From Octopus bimaculoides (taxonomy: Eukaryota), in the NCBI RefSeq assembly GCF_001194135.2, contig NC_069000.1:4674548-4738547 (forward strand): 64,000 nt of DNA. Reading direction: 5' to 3'. Position 1 is the first letter of the stretch. Each line of letters begins with the position of its first letter. This document shows, in pieces, positions 27,836 to 41,465 of the stretch. The notes under the pieces are model-generated. The model saw nothing but the letters and a program-made list of their open reading frames with translations, did no database searches and was not told the origin of the DNA. A program made the position numbers and the translations under genes.

Positions 27836-27903
27836 AAATCCTAATATATTATTCTGCACACTATCGTAATAAAGTTTTGCTGCTATACAAGAAAGAAATC
27901 GAG

Positions 27904-28045
27904 GAGAAGAAGAAGAAGAAGAAGAAGAAGAAGAAGAAGAAGAAGAAGAAGAAGAAGAAGAAGAAGAAGAAGAAGAAGAAGAAGACGTAGAAGAAGAAGA
28001 AGAAGAAGAAGAAGAAGAAGAAGAAGAAAAAGAAGAAGAAGAAGA
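27904..28045. repeat. Long (AAG)n microsatellite
   Basis: Directly visible, about 140 bp, nearly pure. Confidence 0.95.
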
Positions 28046-28590
28046 GAAAGAGAGAGAGAGAGAATATATAGATATATCATGTGTACATAAGTAGACATTT
28101 TGCTCCAATGCAGAGAAAAAAACATGGAAAGAAAACTCTTAAATAACCATCTGACAGAGTGAGTGAGTAATTGATAGAAAGACGGACGGACTGATGCATA
28201 AATGGACAAAAGGACAGAGGAAAATTAAAGAGCGTGAACGGACAGACGAGAAAGAATCGGCAACACGGAATAACAAGAGATCTGTAAAGAAATTCCTCAA
28301 GAGATAGGAATCGTCTTACATGACACGACGCGAATATCAAAATGGAAAAGAGTCGTTAGTTTCGAAGTAGCTTGTCTGACTTTTAATTGGAAATACGAAA
28401 GCAAATTTACCTGGACACGCATCGTCCGGATAAACCACGTAAATATAGACACACATAAACACATCCGTCATTCGGGTCTGCAAACACACACACACAAACA
28501 CACACACATATGTGTGCGTGTCTGTGCATGTGTGTATGTATATATGTATCTGCGCATGTTCATACCTATATATATATATACCTATATACA

Positions 28591-28645
<55 letters not shown>

Positions 28646-28861
28646 ATATANNNNNNNNNNNNNNNNNNNNNNNNNNNNNNNNNNNNNNNNNNNNNNNNNN
28701 NNNNNNNNNNNNNNNNNNNNNNNNNNNNNNNNNNNNNNNNNNNNNNNNNNNNNNNNNNNNNNNNNNNNNNNNNNNNNNNNNTATATATATATGCATACAT
28801 ATATATATATACATGAATACGTATACATATATGTATGTATATATATATGTATGTATATATG

Positions 28862-28893
<32 letters not shown>

Positions 28894-28934
28894 CGTATAT
28901 ATGTATGTATATATAGTCGACATGATTGACCACT

Positions 28935-29100
28935 AAATCCACAAGTTTTCTTTTCTTCTCTCTCTTTGTATTCTCTCGCGTTCCTGTCTGTTGAAGAGCG
29001 TAGGCTCGAAACGTAAAAGACTTTCACAGCTTCCCGAGCGTCAAACTAATACACCTGCTTGTTGTTTGTACACCTGTTTTCATCTTATGTTTTTTAAATT
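28935..29100 (+). mobile_element. Penelope-like element terminal remnant with hammerhead-like core
   Basis: ctgttgaagagcgtaggctcgaaacgtaaaag followed by a T-rich tail, as in Penelope-like pLTR ends. Confidence 0.55.
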
Positions 29101-30118
29101 TCAGCGCTTTTTCCTGAAATTTACAAGAGAATTAATTAAAATTACTTATCAGGTTTGGAAAGGAAAGTAGTGACAAGTATCAAATATATGACATGTTGCC
29201 GGAAAATGGTGACAACTCCGAAATGTTTCTGCACCTTTAAAACAACTCCTCAGCGAAAGTGGACAGCATTGTATGGCTCTTAACCAACCTACTTGTAGCT
29301 TCCTACCTGAAATTTAGTAAGCTTATAGTGAAGTGTAGTTTTGATAATTTCCAATATCAACAATCATATCATACAACCTTTAAGTGGTCACGAGTTAACA
29401 ATCTTGTGACGAGTAAGCCGACGTTTTCATTCAAAATTATTCAATTTTGAAAGAGCTGTAACTTTCGCAAACATAGAAACAGTTTCAAGAAATTGAAGAC
29501 AAATACGTTGAAAAGTATAATTAGAAAGCTGAAGGTTTATAGAAGTTATAATATTCGAAGAAAACCTGGCTTCGGTAATAAGAATATTCTACCGAAATTG
29601 ATATTAAGTACCGTCATAGAAAGACAGTTAATTTAGCAAAGAGCTTTGAAAGGATGGAAAAGTATTAATGGAGCGTTTCGGAGTGAAATGTGTAGAAACG
29701 GTTATTGGGATTGGCTGAGGAATTAGGTCGGTTGATAGATAGAAGTACGAAGAGATATCATAAAGAGACAGAGAGAGAGGGAGATAAAGGTAGCGAGAAA
29801 ATTGTGAATAGGAGAACTAGAGAGAGGAATTTTAACGGGAGAGAGAAGAGAAACTGTTAAATGGAAAAGCAGCGAGAATTCTTTTCAGGTGTGTTCATCT
29901 CGCTTCTTTCTTTTCTCTCGCTCTCTTTTACCGCGTCTTTCTTTCTGTAAATACACACAAGAGTGCACACAAGCGCAAAAACACACAAAGGTATTAATGA
30001 ATGCGTATATGAATATATATAGAAGAAAGAAAAAAAAGGGAGAGAGATAGAGAGAGAGAGACTGAGGTAGAGTTTAGAAACAGCAAGAAGAAGAGATCGG
30101 TAGACAATTAGTGATATA

Positions 30119-30171
<53 letters not shown>

Positions 30172-30322
30172 ATAGATATATAGAAATGATACATAGTACA
30201 GAGAGATATGCACATATACACTGCAATATCAGAGTTGTTAAGACTATACGAAAATATATAACATACGGTGCAAAGTTTATCTGATACAGAATTCAATATT
30301 ACAAGGAAAAAATTGAAAGCCT

Positions 30323-30365
<43 letters not shown>

Positions 30366-30691
30366 ACAAACATATATATATATACATGCACATATATAGA
30401 AAAAAATGAACGTAATTATTTATAACGTAAATACACATGTGGAATATACATGCATACACACAGACACATACACGCATACACATACGCGCATATTTATATA
30501 TATAGCAATGTATGAATAAATGGATGTGTGTGTGTGTGTGTCTGTATTTGGTTGTGTATATCGAAAGAAGCACGGAAAATTGAAGTGATGCAGAAGCCCG
30601 CAGAGAATTACCAATTTTGGCCAGGTAAATGGATAATTATCTAAACAGCTAGATAGGTAGGAAAACAGAGAGCGGGTCATACAGAGAGACA

Positions 30692-30750
<59 letters not shown>

Positions 30751-31223
30751 GAGACATATACATATATATATAAGTATGTATATGTATATATATATGAATA
30801 TAAATATATATGNNNNNNNNNNNNNNNNNNNNNNNNNNNNNNNNNNNNNNNNNNNNNNNNNNNNNTATATATATACACATATATACATACATATATATAT
30901 ATGTGTGTGTATACGTATATGTGTATGTATGTATATATATATATATATATATATATTATCTGTATACATAAATGTATGTAAATATACATGCATATATATA
31001 TATATGTGTGTGTGTGTTTAGGCATTATGTATTTACTGTAACACATGTTTCATTTGTTCATGGGAATCGCAAAATTGTACATGATGGATAAACTTATAAG
31101 AAATTTCCTATTATTAAATTTTCAAACAGGAAATCAAATAATTCCTGTGTTTGCATGCATGTATGTGTTTTAGTATGTATGTATGTATGTTGGTATGTAT
31201 GTATGCATGTATGTATGTGTGTG

Positions 31224-31266
<43 letters not shown>

Positions 31267-31583
31267 TGTTTCATGCATGTACGTTTGTTTGTATGTATCT
31301 CAAACATCATTCACGTGATCTGTAAGTGTATGAAGAAGAATTCTTTATATAACCCAGGTTTCAAATAAACGGAAACCTCCCGTTGCTGAAGTGTAGCGTA
31401 AGAATGAAATATTTGGCACTTCATTTGCTCCATGTTTTCAACATCGTGAAGTAGACACGCAAAACATTGATATATAGAGACATGGATAATGAAAACAACG
31501 TCATAGCCATGTTTATTATCTAATATACATTGTATAATAACCTGCGCAGTCATCTAATCATAACCAAATATTTATAATATATA

Positions 31584-32146
31584 CGAGGGTGAGTCCGAAA
31601 GTAATGCCCTTTTGTTTAGGATTGGTGTAATTTCCAACACAGTAACATGTATCTTACATCAAAATGAAACTGGTCCTCTGTGGATCACATCCATACTTCT
31701 TAACATAGTCACCGTTACTCTCAGTAGCAATGTCCCACCTTCGAAGGAGAGCATGTATCCCTGCCCCGTAAAATTTTGTTGACTGTTCTTTGAGCCACTT
31801 CCTCATTAAAGTTTTCACTTCCTCGTCACTGGACTATCATCGTCACAGGTCTATCATCTCTTTGACCCCATGAAAGAGGGTTTGAGAGGCAAACATTATT
31901 CCAGTGACGAGTAAGTGAAAACTGTAGTGAAGAAGAGACTCAAAGAACAGGCAACAGAATTTTACGGGGCAGGGATACATGCTCTCATTCGAAGGTAGAA
32001 CATTGCTATTGAGAGAAACGGTGACTATGTTGAGTAGGGATGTCATCCACAGAGGACCAGCTTCATTTTGATGTATGATACATGTTCCTGTGTTGGTAAT
32101 TATACCTGTCCTAAACAAAATGGCATTACTTTTTGACTCACCCTCC
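31584..32146. mobile_element. Mariner-derived non-autonomous foldback element with ~250-bp inverted arms and TA TSD
   Basis: Ends ta|cgagggtgagtc... and ...gactcaccctcc|ta. Arms 31584-31833 and 31900-32146 are reverse complements. Confidence 0.92.
31852..32037 (+). pseudogene. Mariner (D,D34D-type) transposase C-terminal remnant
   Basis: YHLFDPMKEGLRGKHYSSDE*VKTVVKKRLKEQATEFYGAGIHALIRR*NIAIERNGDYVE*, matching the region after the YSPDLAPSD motif. Confidence 0.9.
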
Positions 32147-33173
32147 TACATTGCCTTGCATTATGTATTCTCATTGTTCGTTGCTGAAGGTTGTGGTGTA
32201 GGGACAGGTGCACCAACTTTATGCAGCGGTTTATGCTTCTGGTCATGGTTATACTGTCAAGTAGGATACATCTCCATCATTCTTTATGTCCTTCGGCCAG
32301 TAATTTCATGGTCTCTGGCTTCGTCGTTTCCAATGGACAGATAAATAGATCGACCGATAGATAAATTGATGAATTGATGGGTAGATTAATAGAAATAAGT
32401 GCACAACAAGTCTTTGAATGAAATAGTCTCTATGTCTTCACTCAGCCGGCTAGAAATAACAATTAATCGCCCTTCAAGTCCTGACATAACAGGAGAGAAA
32501 GAGAAGGGGCTCTGTAGATATTTTAGAAAAAAAACCCAACAAACAAAAAGCACATGAGTGCAACGGTAACGCCATTACTGCGTTGATATGTAGCTAACAA
32601 CAGCATGGTCAACATCATTAAGAACAGCAACAAGAACAACAATTACACTAACAACAAATATAGCAACAATAATAACAACAATAATTACCACAACAGCTAC
32701 AGCATCATCAGCCGCAAGAAATTATGTTATGCTTCCATTTCTATGGTATTTTCGCAGTTTCTGTGTTGTACAGAATAAAAATTACAGTTTTCAAAATAAC
32801 TATAACCCAAGATGGCCGATGTCTTTCTAATAGATTCATTTAGTCTTTATATATTTTTGTACCATTTCTTCAGACATTCAACGATCGATACATCTGCAGA
32901 GTGTACACATACGTGCGTGAGGAGTAAATGTATATGTGGGCATATATGTGTGTGTGTGTAAATACACATGTATACCACACACAATTATATATAAATATAT
33001 GCGTATACATGTATGTATATATGTAATCACACGTATATATGCCTGTGCGTATAATAATATACACCTCTACATACATGTGTGTGCGAGCGAGTGTGTAGGG
33101 GTAAATACATTCACCTATACCTATATCTAAATTAATTAATGATGAACTCAGCATCTTGTTTACACCATTCATT

Positions 33174-33232
<59 letters not shown>

Positions 33233-34059
33233 CATATCTCTTTCTCTCTGTGTCTGTTTGTCTCTTTCTTTGTCTGCCTCTCTTTGTCTCCCTCTCGATC
33301 TCACTATATAATTAAAACATCAATGTTCAAATATTCCTTGTCAAATAATTTTTACTGTAATTTTATTTTTTGCGCCCTGAAACTTCTGAACATCCGTCAG
33401 CACATCTTTCCATCTTACTCTCTTTCTACCTTTCTTTCTCTTCCCTTTTCTCTATCTCTGTCTCTCTCTATCTGTTTCTCTGTCTGTCTATTTGTGTAGA
33501 TATATTTGTACCAATCTCTCTACCCATACCGATCTTTGTAACTATTATTCTATCTACACACATATACACATATATGCACATATATACATAAACATATGTA
33601 TACGTACATATATATATACACACAGTCCTACTTGTAGACACACACATATTTCGGCTTCTGGTTCTATTCTACTTCTTAGAAGAAGTTGAATGAGTTCAAG
33701 TGGTATGACCATTCTCTACATTATATACGATGATGTATTTTTGGTGTGGTTGTTGTTTGTTGATTTTGGGTTAAAAATAAAGATTTTCTGTATTTCTGTT
33801 ATTCTATGTGTATCTTAACTGTCCTCCAGTCTTATGGTGATATCAATTAATAACACACACACACATACTACACTCACACACACACGTACGTGTGAGTTTG
33901 GCCATACTTAGAAATTTTAAAAATATACTTTATATATATATATATATATATGTGAATACACGCACACACACATAAACACACAAACACACACACACACTTA
34001 AATACGTATATTTAGGTATTCTACTTTAAAAATTTTTTTCTTTATTTCTTCCATCATCA

Positions 34060-34182
34060 TCATCAGCAGCATGGTCTTCATCATCATCACCACCACCACC
34101 ACCACCACCACCACACTCACCAGCACCATTACCACCATCACAACCATCACCATTACCTTTGTTAATACTTTCATTATCATCG

Positions 34183-34216
<34 letters not shown>

Positions 34217-34395
34217 TATCATCATCATCATCATCGTCGTCGTCATCGTCAATATCATCATCCCCACTACCACCCTCACTACCAGCACCACCACAACTAC
34301 CACCACCACCACTACATTCACCAGCACCATTACCACCATCACCACAATCAATATTAATACTTTCATCATCATCATCACCATCACCATCACGTTGT
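34060..34395. repeat. (CAT/CAC)n low-complexity tract with ~200-bp internal duplication
   Basis: tcaccagcaccattaccaccatcac and taatactttcat each occur twice, about 200 bp apart. Confidence 0.8.
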
Positions 34396-35177
34396 TTTTT
34401 TTGTATTGTTTTATTTTGTTTTTCCCTGTCTCGTTCTCTGCCATGTTGAATGATTTGGAAGAAAATTTAAAGAAAAACATCTCAGAAGTAAAAATTAAAA
34501 TAAACATGTTATTTGTAATATCCAAAAAAAAAAAAGAAACAGAAACCGAAAACAAAAACAAAACAAACTTTGTTTTGTTTTGCTGTTTTTCGTTATATTA
34601 TTTTTTTTTGTTTTTGGGTAGTCTTGCTGTTTTTTTTTAATCTCACAAGAAATGTCTTCCAAAAAAAAATTTAAAAAGAAAAAAAAAACAACTATGACTT
34701 AACGAGGTAAAAATCAACAACTTTTCGAATTACTTTTTCTAAATGAAAAGATTATTTTTCTTTCTACACAATATGTCTTGTTTAAGATTTCTGTCATAAT
34801 ATATTTTTCATATGCATTATCAGCACTTCCTCCTCATAACATTACCAGCGCCTTTGTATATATATAAAAAAAAGAAAAAGTGAACGTTATCAGCATTCCT
34901 TGCACAAATTATCAACCCTTTCTTCACCAAAAAATATCAAAACTTCGTTCACCCAGCATTATTAAAATTTCTCAACACAACCTTGTAACTAATTGCTTCA
35001 ACCCGTTTTATCGCTAACAGTTTCACCCAACATTATCATTACTACCTCATTCAACATTGACTCTTTCTCCAACATTATCACTAATTCTTCAGTCAACATT
35101 GTTTCCACATCGTCCACCCAAAATTATCTTTCCTTGACTTCAAATAACATTATCACTACGTTATATTATCTGTACTT

Positions 35178-35325
35178 AAGGCGGGGAGATGGCAGAATCG
35201 TTAGCACTTAATCGACTTTACCTTTCATCCTTTCGGGATCGATTAAATGAGTACCAGTGATCACTGGGATCGATGTAATCGACTTACCCCTCCACCTACC
35301 TTGTTGGCCTTGTGCCAAAATTTTA
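35178..35325 (+). mobile_element. SINE family 1 copy with internal deletion
   Basis: Head tggcagaatcgttagcac joined directly to cgactttacctttcatcctttcggg. Confidence 0.85.
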
Positions 35326-35347
35326 ATTAATATTATCAGTAATTAGA

Positions 35348-35566
35348 AGGCAGTGAGTGGGAAGAAACGTTAGGACACTGGCTAATATGCTTAGCGGCAT
35401 TTCGTCCAGTTTTACGTTCTGAATCCAAATTCTGCCGAGGTCGACTTTGCAATTCATCCTTTCGGAGTCGATAAAATAAGTACCAGTTAAGCACTGGGGT
35501 CGATGTAGTCGACTAGTTCCCTTCCACCCACCCAAGTTGCTGGCCTTCTGTCAAAATTTGAAACCG
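35348..35566 (+). mobile_element. SINE family 1 copy, tandem to the previous one
   Basis: Full body, tail ggccttctgtcaaaatttgaaacc. Confidence 0.88.
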
Positions 35567-36008
35567 ATATTATCAGTACTTGGTCACCCAATCTCTTTCA
35601 TAAACCCTGACACCTCCATCTTTTTCTCTGTCACCGTCACCCCATCTTTTTTATCATCTTTGTCCCCTTTCTTCATCTCCTCCACCTCATGCTCTCCCCT
35701 ATCTTGACCTATTAATCCTATCAACACACATTTCCCTATAACACCTTCTTCGACAAGTCTCGTCACTCCAGTTTCTCCTAGCACAACTCGTTACCCTTAT
35801 CACTGACACCTCTCTGTAATCGTCATTCCTTCTTTCTCTTTCTTTTGCTACAACACCCTTGCCAACTCTCCCCTTTGCGCCATCTACATGAAAAATTGGA
35901 TATTCTATTTCCGGGAACTGTATACAACTTCCGTAAGCTAATTAATTAATCGATATTTGAAACATATCTCATCTTGTCTACCTCTAACATTTAAATACCC
36001 AAAATGCC

Positions 36009-36076
<68 letters not shown>

Positions 36077-37513
36077 CCATTTATCTCTCTATGTATCCCG
36101 CGGTGTATACATACGTGTGCGCTTTCGTCTATGTGTGTCTGTATGTATGAACGTGTCTGTGTGTGTGTGTGTGTGTGTGCGTTGGTATGTGTGTGTGTCT
36201 ATAACTCATTTCCTGAAATGTCCAATATTTACATAATTTTCTCATTAAATATGTCATATTTTCTATTTCCTACATATTTTAGATGTTCAATATTCAGTTA
36301 TATTTAATTAAGGTGTATGGTACAATATAGTTTTCAATTTGTGAGTGTATATACACATATGAGCATGTGTGTTCGTGTGCGCGTATATATTTATTTTCAC
36401 AGAGGCAGACGAACAAAAATAGACAGAAATAGGCTGATAGATATAAAAATATGTCTTTCTAAACGTTCGAACGGTTAATTCAGCAGCTATTCTGTGCTGA
36501 TAAAGAACAATAAGCCGGAAACCCGTCCACAGATGTTGCTTTGTGCTGGATGGGAGCGCTGGACTTCCTGGTCGAAAATATAAGGACACAGATATTGGGT
36601 CGTATAGCCAGAAGTGTGACGAAAGAACTCTGACCTGAAATACAATTAATATGAAGTAAAGCTGAAGCTAGCGAAGGCCAAATATACAGTGCGTGTGTTT
36701 TCACTGGCTAAACTGGCAACATAACCATCCCAAAATACAACAATATCTGTTTCAACACAGGAATTCACATCAAGAATCTTGCAAAACGAATGTATATTTA
36801 TATGAATTGCGTTTGTGTGTATGCGTGTTTCTTTGTGTGTGCGTTTGTTTCTTTGTGTGTGGGTCTGCGTTTAACTATGCCTAAGCACTCATGCGCGTGT
36901 GCACATAAAAGAGCTGAAACGGTTATCTCAAAAACAGGCAAACTATCAGAGCACAACATTTAATGAGATTTCGTATTATTGAATTTGTTGTTGTTATTGT
37001 TGTAGATGTTATATTTATAGTTTCTCTTATAACTATTGTTGATGTGAAATTGGTTCGCATTTTCCCGTTGCCTTAAAAAATTGCTTTTTTTAAAAAATAT
37101 TTATATTGGTCTTTTTATTGGTTATGTTTTGATTCTCATATTTTAGTTTTGTTTTGTATGTGTTGTGTATAAGTGGTATCGTGTGTTAAATATAATATCA
37201 ATATAATTGAAATATCGATATCCTATTAAGAGATGTATGTTGGTTATTATAGTGCTACTGAGAAATTGTGGACTACACATTTCCAAGAGAACCACATCGC
37301 AGTTTAAAGTTGACTATAGAGATGAGATGCACTCAAACAAATTCTTCATCTCTGATGTTTAAACCAAAAGCTCTATTATCGTAGGGAACGACCTGAAGTT
37401 CAATATGTTTGTTTGTGAATCTATACATGACCGTCTGCTTTTCTGTCTGTCTGTTTGTCTTCCTGTCTATCTATCAATTTATCTATCTATCTACCTGTCT
37501 GTCTGCATGCCTG

Positions 37514-37569
<56 letters not shown>

Positions 37570-37585
37570 GCTATCTATCTATCTA

Positions 37586-37667
37586 TTTGCCGAAGCGGTA
37601 AGATACGGGGACGTAAACAATCCAGCATCGGTTGTCAAGCGATGTTGGAGGGACAAGCACAGACACA

Positions 37668-37680
<13 letters not shown>
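37586..37680 (+). mobile_element. 3' end of SINE-like family 2
   Basis: acggggacgtaaacaatccagcatcggttgtcaagcgatgttgg...(CA)n. Confidence 0.65.
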
Positions 37681-37725
<45 letters not shown>

Positions 37726-38206
37726 NNNNNNNNNNNNNNNNNNNNNNNNNNNNNNNNNNNNNNNNNNNNNNNNNNNNNNNNNNNNNNNNNNNNNNNNNNN
37801 NNNNNNNNNNNNNNNNNNNNNNNNNNNNNNNNNNNNNNNNNNNNNNNNNNNNNNNNNNNNNNNNNNNNNNNNNNNNNNNNNNNNNNNNNNNNNNNNNNNN
37901 NNNNNNNNNNNNNNNNNNNNNNNNNNNNNNNNNNNNNNNNNNNNNNNNNNNNNNNNNNNNNNNNNNNNNNNNNNNNNNNNNNNNNNNNNNNNNNNNNNNN
38001 NNNNNNNNNNNNNNNNNNNNNNNNNNNNNNNNNNNNNNNNNNNNNNNNNNNNNNNNNNNNNNNNNNNNNNNNNNNNNNNNNNNNNNNNNNNNNNNNNNNN
38101 NNNNNNNNNNNNNNNNNNNNNNNNNNNNNNNNNNNNNNNNNNNNNNNNNNNNNNNNNNACATATACACATATGTGTGTATTTAATATAAGTGTGTATATG
38201 TATATT

Positions 38207-38242
<36 letters not shown>

Positions 38243-38904
38243 CGGAAGTGAAAAGTCTTCTCAATTTATTATGTAAATACAGAAATTTCAAAAGGTCTAT
38301 TTATATCTTGCTAAGGACAGTCATACTTTCTTCCACTCTTCATTAAACCTCTTAACGTTCAAGTTGCTTAGAGGTGTGTTTCATGATATCTCACGGAAGC
38401 TAATATAAACTGCTAATATCATAGCCAAATAGGCCCAACCACACACACATAACTATACGTACGCACACACACGAGCGCGTGAATAAATATAAATATACAA
38501 ACACACGCTGATAAAACACTATCTCTTACGCCTTTAGCAACATCTATAATAATATTTTTAAAAAATAGATTAACTTAAAACATTGTATTCTTAAATAAAA
38601 ATTAACTCTTGTGTTGAAATAATTGCCCGCATGACATTCGTTTACGTTATGATATAATGGCATTATATAGGATTGGCAGTTATCTATTCATAGACTTCTC
38701 AAAGTCCTTCCTATAATGATAGTCTGCGCGCAACTAAATGGATTTCAAAGAATTATCTTGTGTGTAATTTTGGTTGTTTACCCGGTAATAATAATGGATT
38801 TGGTGGGAAGGCATTTGATTTGGAAAATATATTTGTAAAATGCCTTTATCTAACATAGTATTATTATTATAACATTTCGGCTGATGTATATATGTATGTA
38901 TGTA

Positions 38905-39015
38905 TGTATGTCATTGTTCAGTTTCATTTCAAGATTTCATGCCAATAGAGAAAGAGCCGGTTTCTAACCTAGATTCAAGGTTCCTTCGTTGGAATTTTAA
39001 CATCACCAACAGGAT
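38905..39015 (+). repeat. Interspersed repeat with related fragments at 22070-22115 and 22319-22355
   Basis: tgtcattgttcag.tt.atttcaagattt..tgccaata shared with 22319; gagc.ggtttctaac shared with 22075. Confidence 0.6.
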
Positions 39016-39307
39016 ATTTTTGTTTCTATGCATGCCTATTCTACTTTCTAATTATTATAAAACTGCCAACTGTTATAGCAAAGGTTTCTGCTTCAATTTT
39101 ATATGTTTTACTGTTAGTGTTGGAACAGTATTCTCTCTCAAATGCATTCCGGTTGAACTCCCTCTTTCGTTCCAATTTTTTACCAGAATTATTGTAGATC
39201 TTCTCGAGACGGAGCTTTCTTAATGGTAATATTTTCCTTCCTCATCTCTTACATTACATTACCCGGGCGTTATCTAACACCTGGTTCAGGACTCAGGATT
39301 GATATGC

Positions 39308-39461
39308 TGTTATGTCTCAAGCTACTGCTATCTAGCACCTTCGGATGATCTCAACTCAACCGCTACGCGACTGCTACTCAACTCCTCTACCGCGGCTAGA
39401 CTACCTCTATTTATATATCTTGGGCTATCCTACTTATCCGCTTGGGGGCGTCGACACAACA
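39308..39461 (-). mobile_element. Candidate 154-bp solo LTR or short-TIR element
   Basis: TG...CA ends with 8/9-bp inverted termini, flanks TATGC/TATAC, TATA-like tatataaata on the minus strand, GC-richer than flanks. Confidence 0.4.
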
Positions 39462-40481
39462 TATACATACAGACATGTATACATATCTGTATCTAACTAT
39501 CTGTCTGTCTGTCTTTATGTATGTATGTCTCTATCTATCTATATATGTGTGTGTACCTATGTATCCATATATACATATATATGTGTGCATATATATNNNN
39601 NNNNNNNNNNATATATATATATATATATATACATATGCAGGGGTGTATGTATATGCATTTTGCTTCTCCATCGACGGTTATAATTGAAGTCATACGGAAA
39701 TATATCAGAACACGTCTTCAGTCTGCTATTATGATACGTAATCGCTTGTTTTAGCCACTCCGCAACACCATATGTGGTATTAAATCATGTATTTGAAAGG
39801 TAGTTCAGTGTAACAATAGTGAAAGGAGAGAGGAAAAGAAGAAATACAAGAACAACAACAAAAACAGAAACAAAAAAAGTGTGAGCTTTTCTCAATTGTT
39901 GATTAACAAGATATTTGAAATTGTGTATTAATATACATAGCTTGCTTCGACCTTAAGTTACTGACCTAAAATGGACATATGCCAAAGCGATCTTTTCAAG
40001 CGAAACCTGTTCGAAATTTAATTATTACAATAAATCTAGATTTAATGTCCAATCTTGAGACATGCGATTTCAGATTAGATTGCTTAAAACCAGGTTGTTA
40101 ACTCGAGTTCATAATACTACCATTATAAATGTCAAATGAAATTTCAATATGACCCAACCTAGATCGTTTGTTCTCATGAATATTCATAGAACAAGTGATC
40201 ACGACAATCAATTCCTCTGAAGAATTTCTTCCTCTGTCTTAATCTGTATGGTAAATTGAATCGAAATCGCATAAATTTTAAGCCATTCTTAACCAAATTT
40301 TATAGCGTCGTCAAATTACATTATATTCTATTATATGGCGGCGTATTATATTCTATTAAATTATATCATTATATTATTATTTTTTATTATATTATATTAT
40401 ATTCTAAAAGTCTATATATTGATAATTGGAGACAGAACTTACTAATAATTGATCAATATCTACATATCTATATCTATCTAT

Positions 40482-40556
<75 letters not shown>

Positions 40557-40935
40557 NNNNNNNNNNNNNNNNNNNNNNNNNNNNNNNNNNNNNNNNNNNN
40601 NNNNNNNNNNNNNNNNNNNNNNNNNNNNNNNNNNNNNNNNNNNNNNNNNNNNNNNNNNNNNNNNNNNNNNNNNNNNNNNNNNNNNNNNNNNNNNNNNNNN
40701 NNNNNNNNNNNNNNNNNNNNNNNNNNNNNNNNNNNNNNNNNNNNNNNNNNNNNNNNNNNNNNNNNNNNNNNNNNNNNNNNNNNNNNNNNNNNNNNNNNNN
40801 NNNNNNNNNNNNATATATATATATATATATACAACAAGGGAGCAATAATTTGACAATTATTCACTAACTTTAAGTAGAGAAACAGGTGTATAGAGTGGGT
40901 ATAAAGTCGCTTATACACACACACGCGTGCGCGCA

Positions 40936-41465
40936 CAAGGTGCATTCCAGAATTTTTTAGACATTATTAGGAGACGTAGTTATAAAGTCTTAGATTTTCG
41001 TCAGTTTAGTATATCGATATTCTACATCCAGCAAGCTGACCTGTCTACTCATGTCATTCCAGATTTTAGGAAACGTCTCTAACAGCGTTTGAAACACAGC
41101 CTACTGGAAACTACTTGTCACAGCTGACTAATTTACAGATTGCAATCGGGGTGTCTGGAAGCCCTTCGTGCAGTAAAATTCTTGTTAAACTGCGGAAACT
41201 TACTATAGAGATGTAATGGAATGCTTCAGACTGTTTATGGATTCACTTATTCGTCGGCAGAAGCAATTTAAGGATTGTAGAGAGAGGAGTTGCGAGACGA
41301 TGAGAGGTGTAGGTTTTTAGAAAATTGGCAATTTTCTGGATGAAGAATGTCATGGGTCTATAACGAAAATAAGATAAGCATAAAGATTGGAATCGGTGTG
41401 GTAAATTATACAGAATTATTCATAAGATCTGCGCATGTGTAGGATTTGTGCAAAGTTTGCCTCCA
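40936..41465 (+). mobile_element. Decayed mariner 5' half (HTH region)
   Basis: Frameshifted remnants VKLRK, MLQTVYG, QFKDCRE, DDER and DLRMCRICAKF match the mariner N-terminus up to the WVP motif. Confidence 0.8.

Noticed and set aside
35584-35900. 66-aa minus-strand ORF rich in E/K/G/V
   Set aside because: CT-rich low-complexity DNA with no clear splice signals or homology.
40162-40200. 39-bp imperfect palindrome
   Set aside because: No loop, AT-rich and too short for a pre-miRNA.
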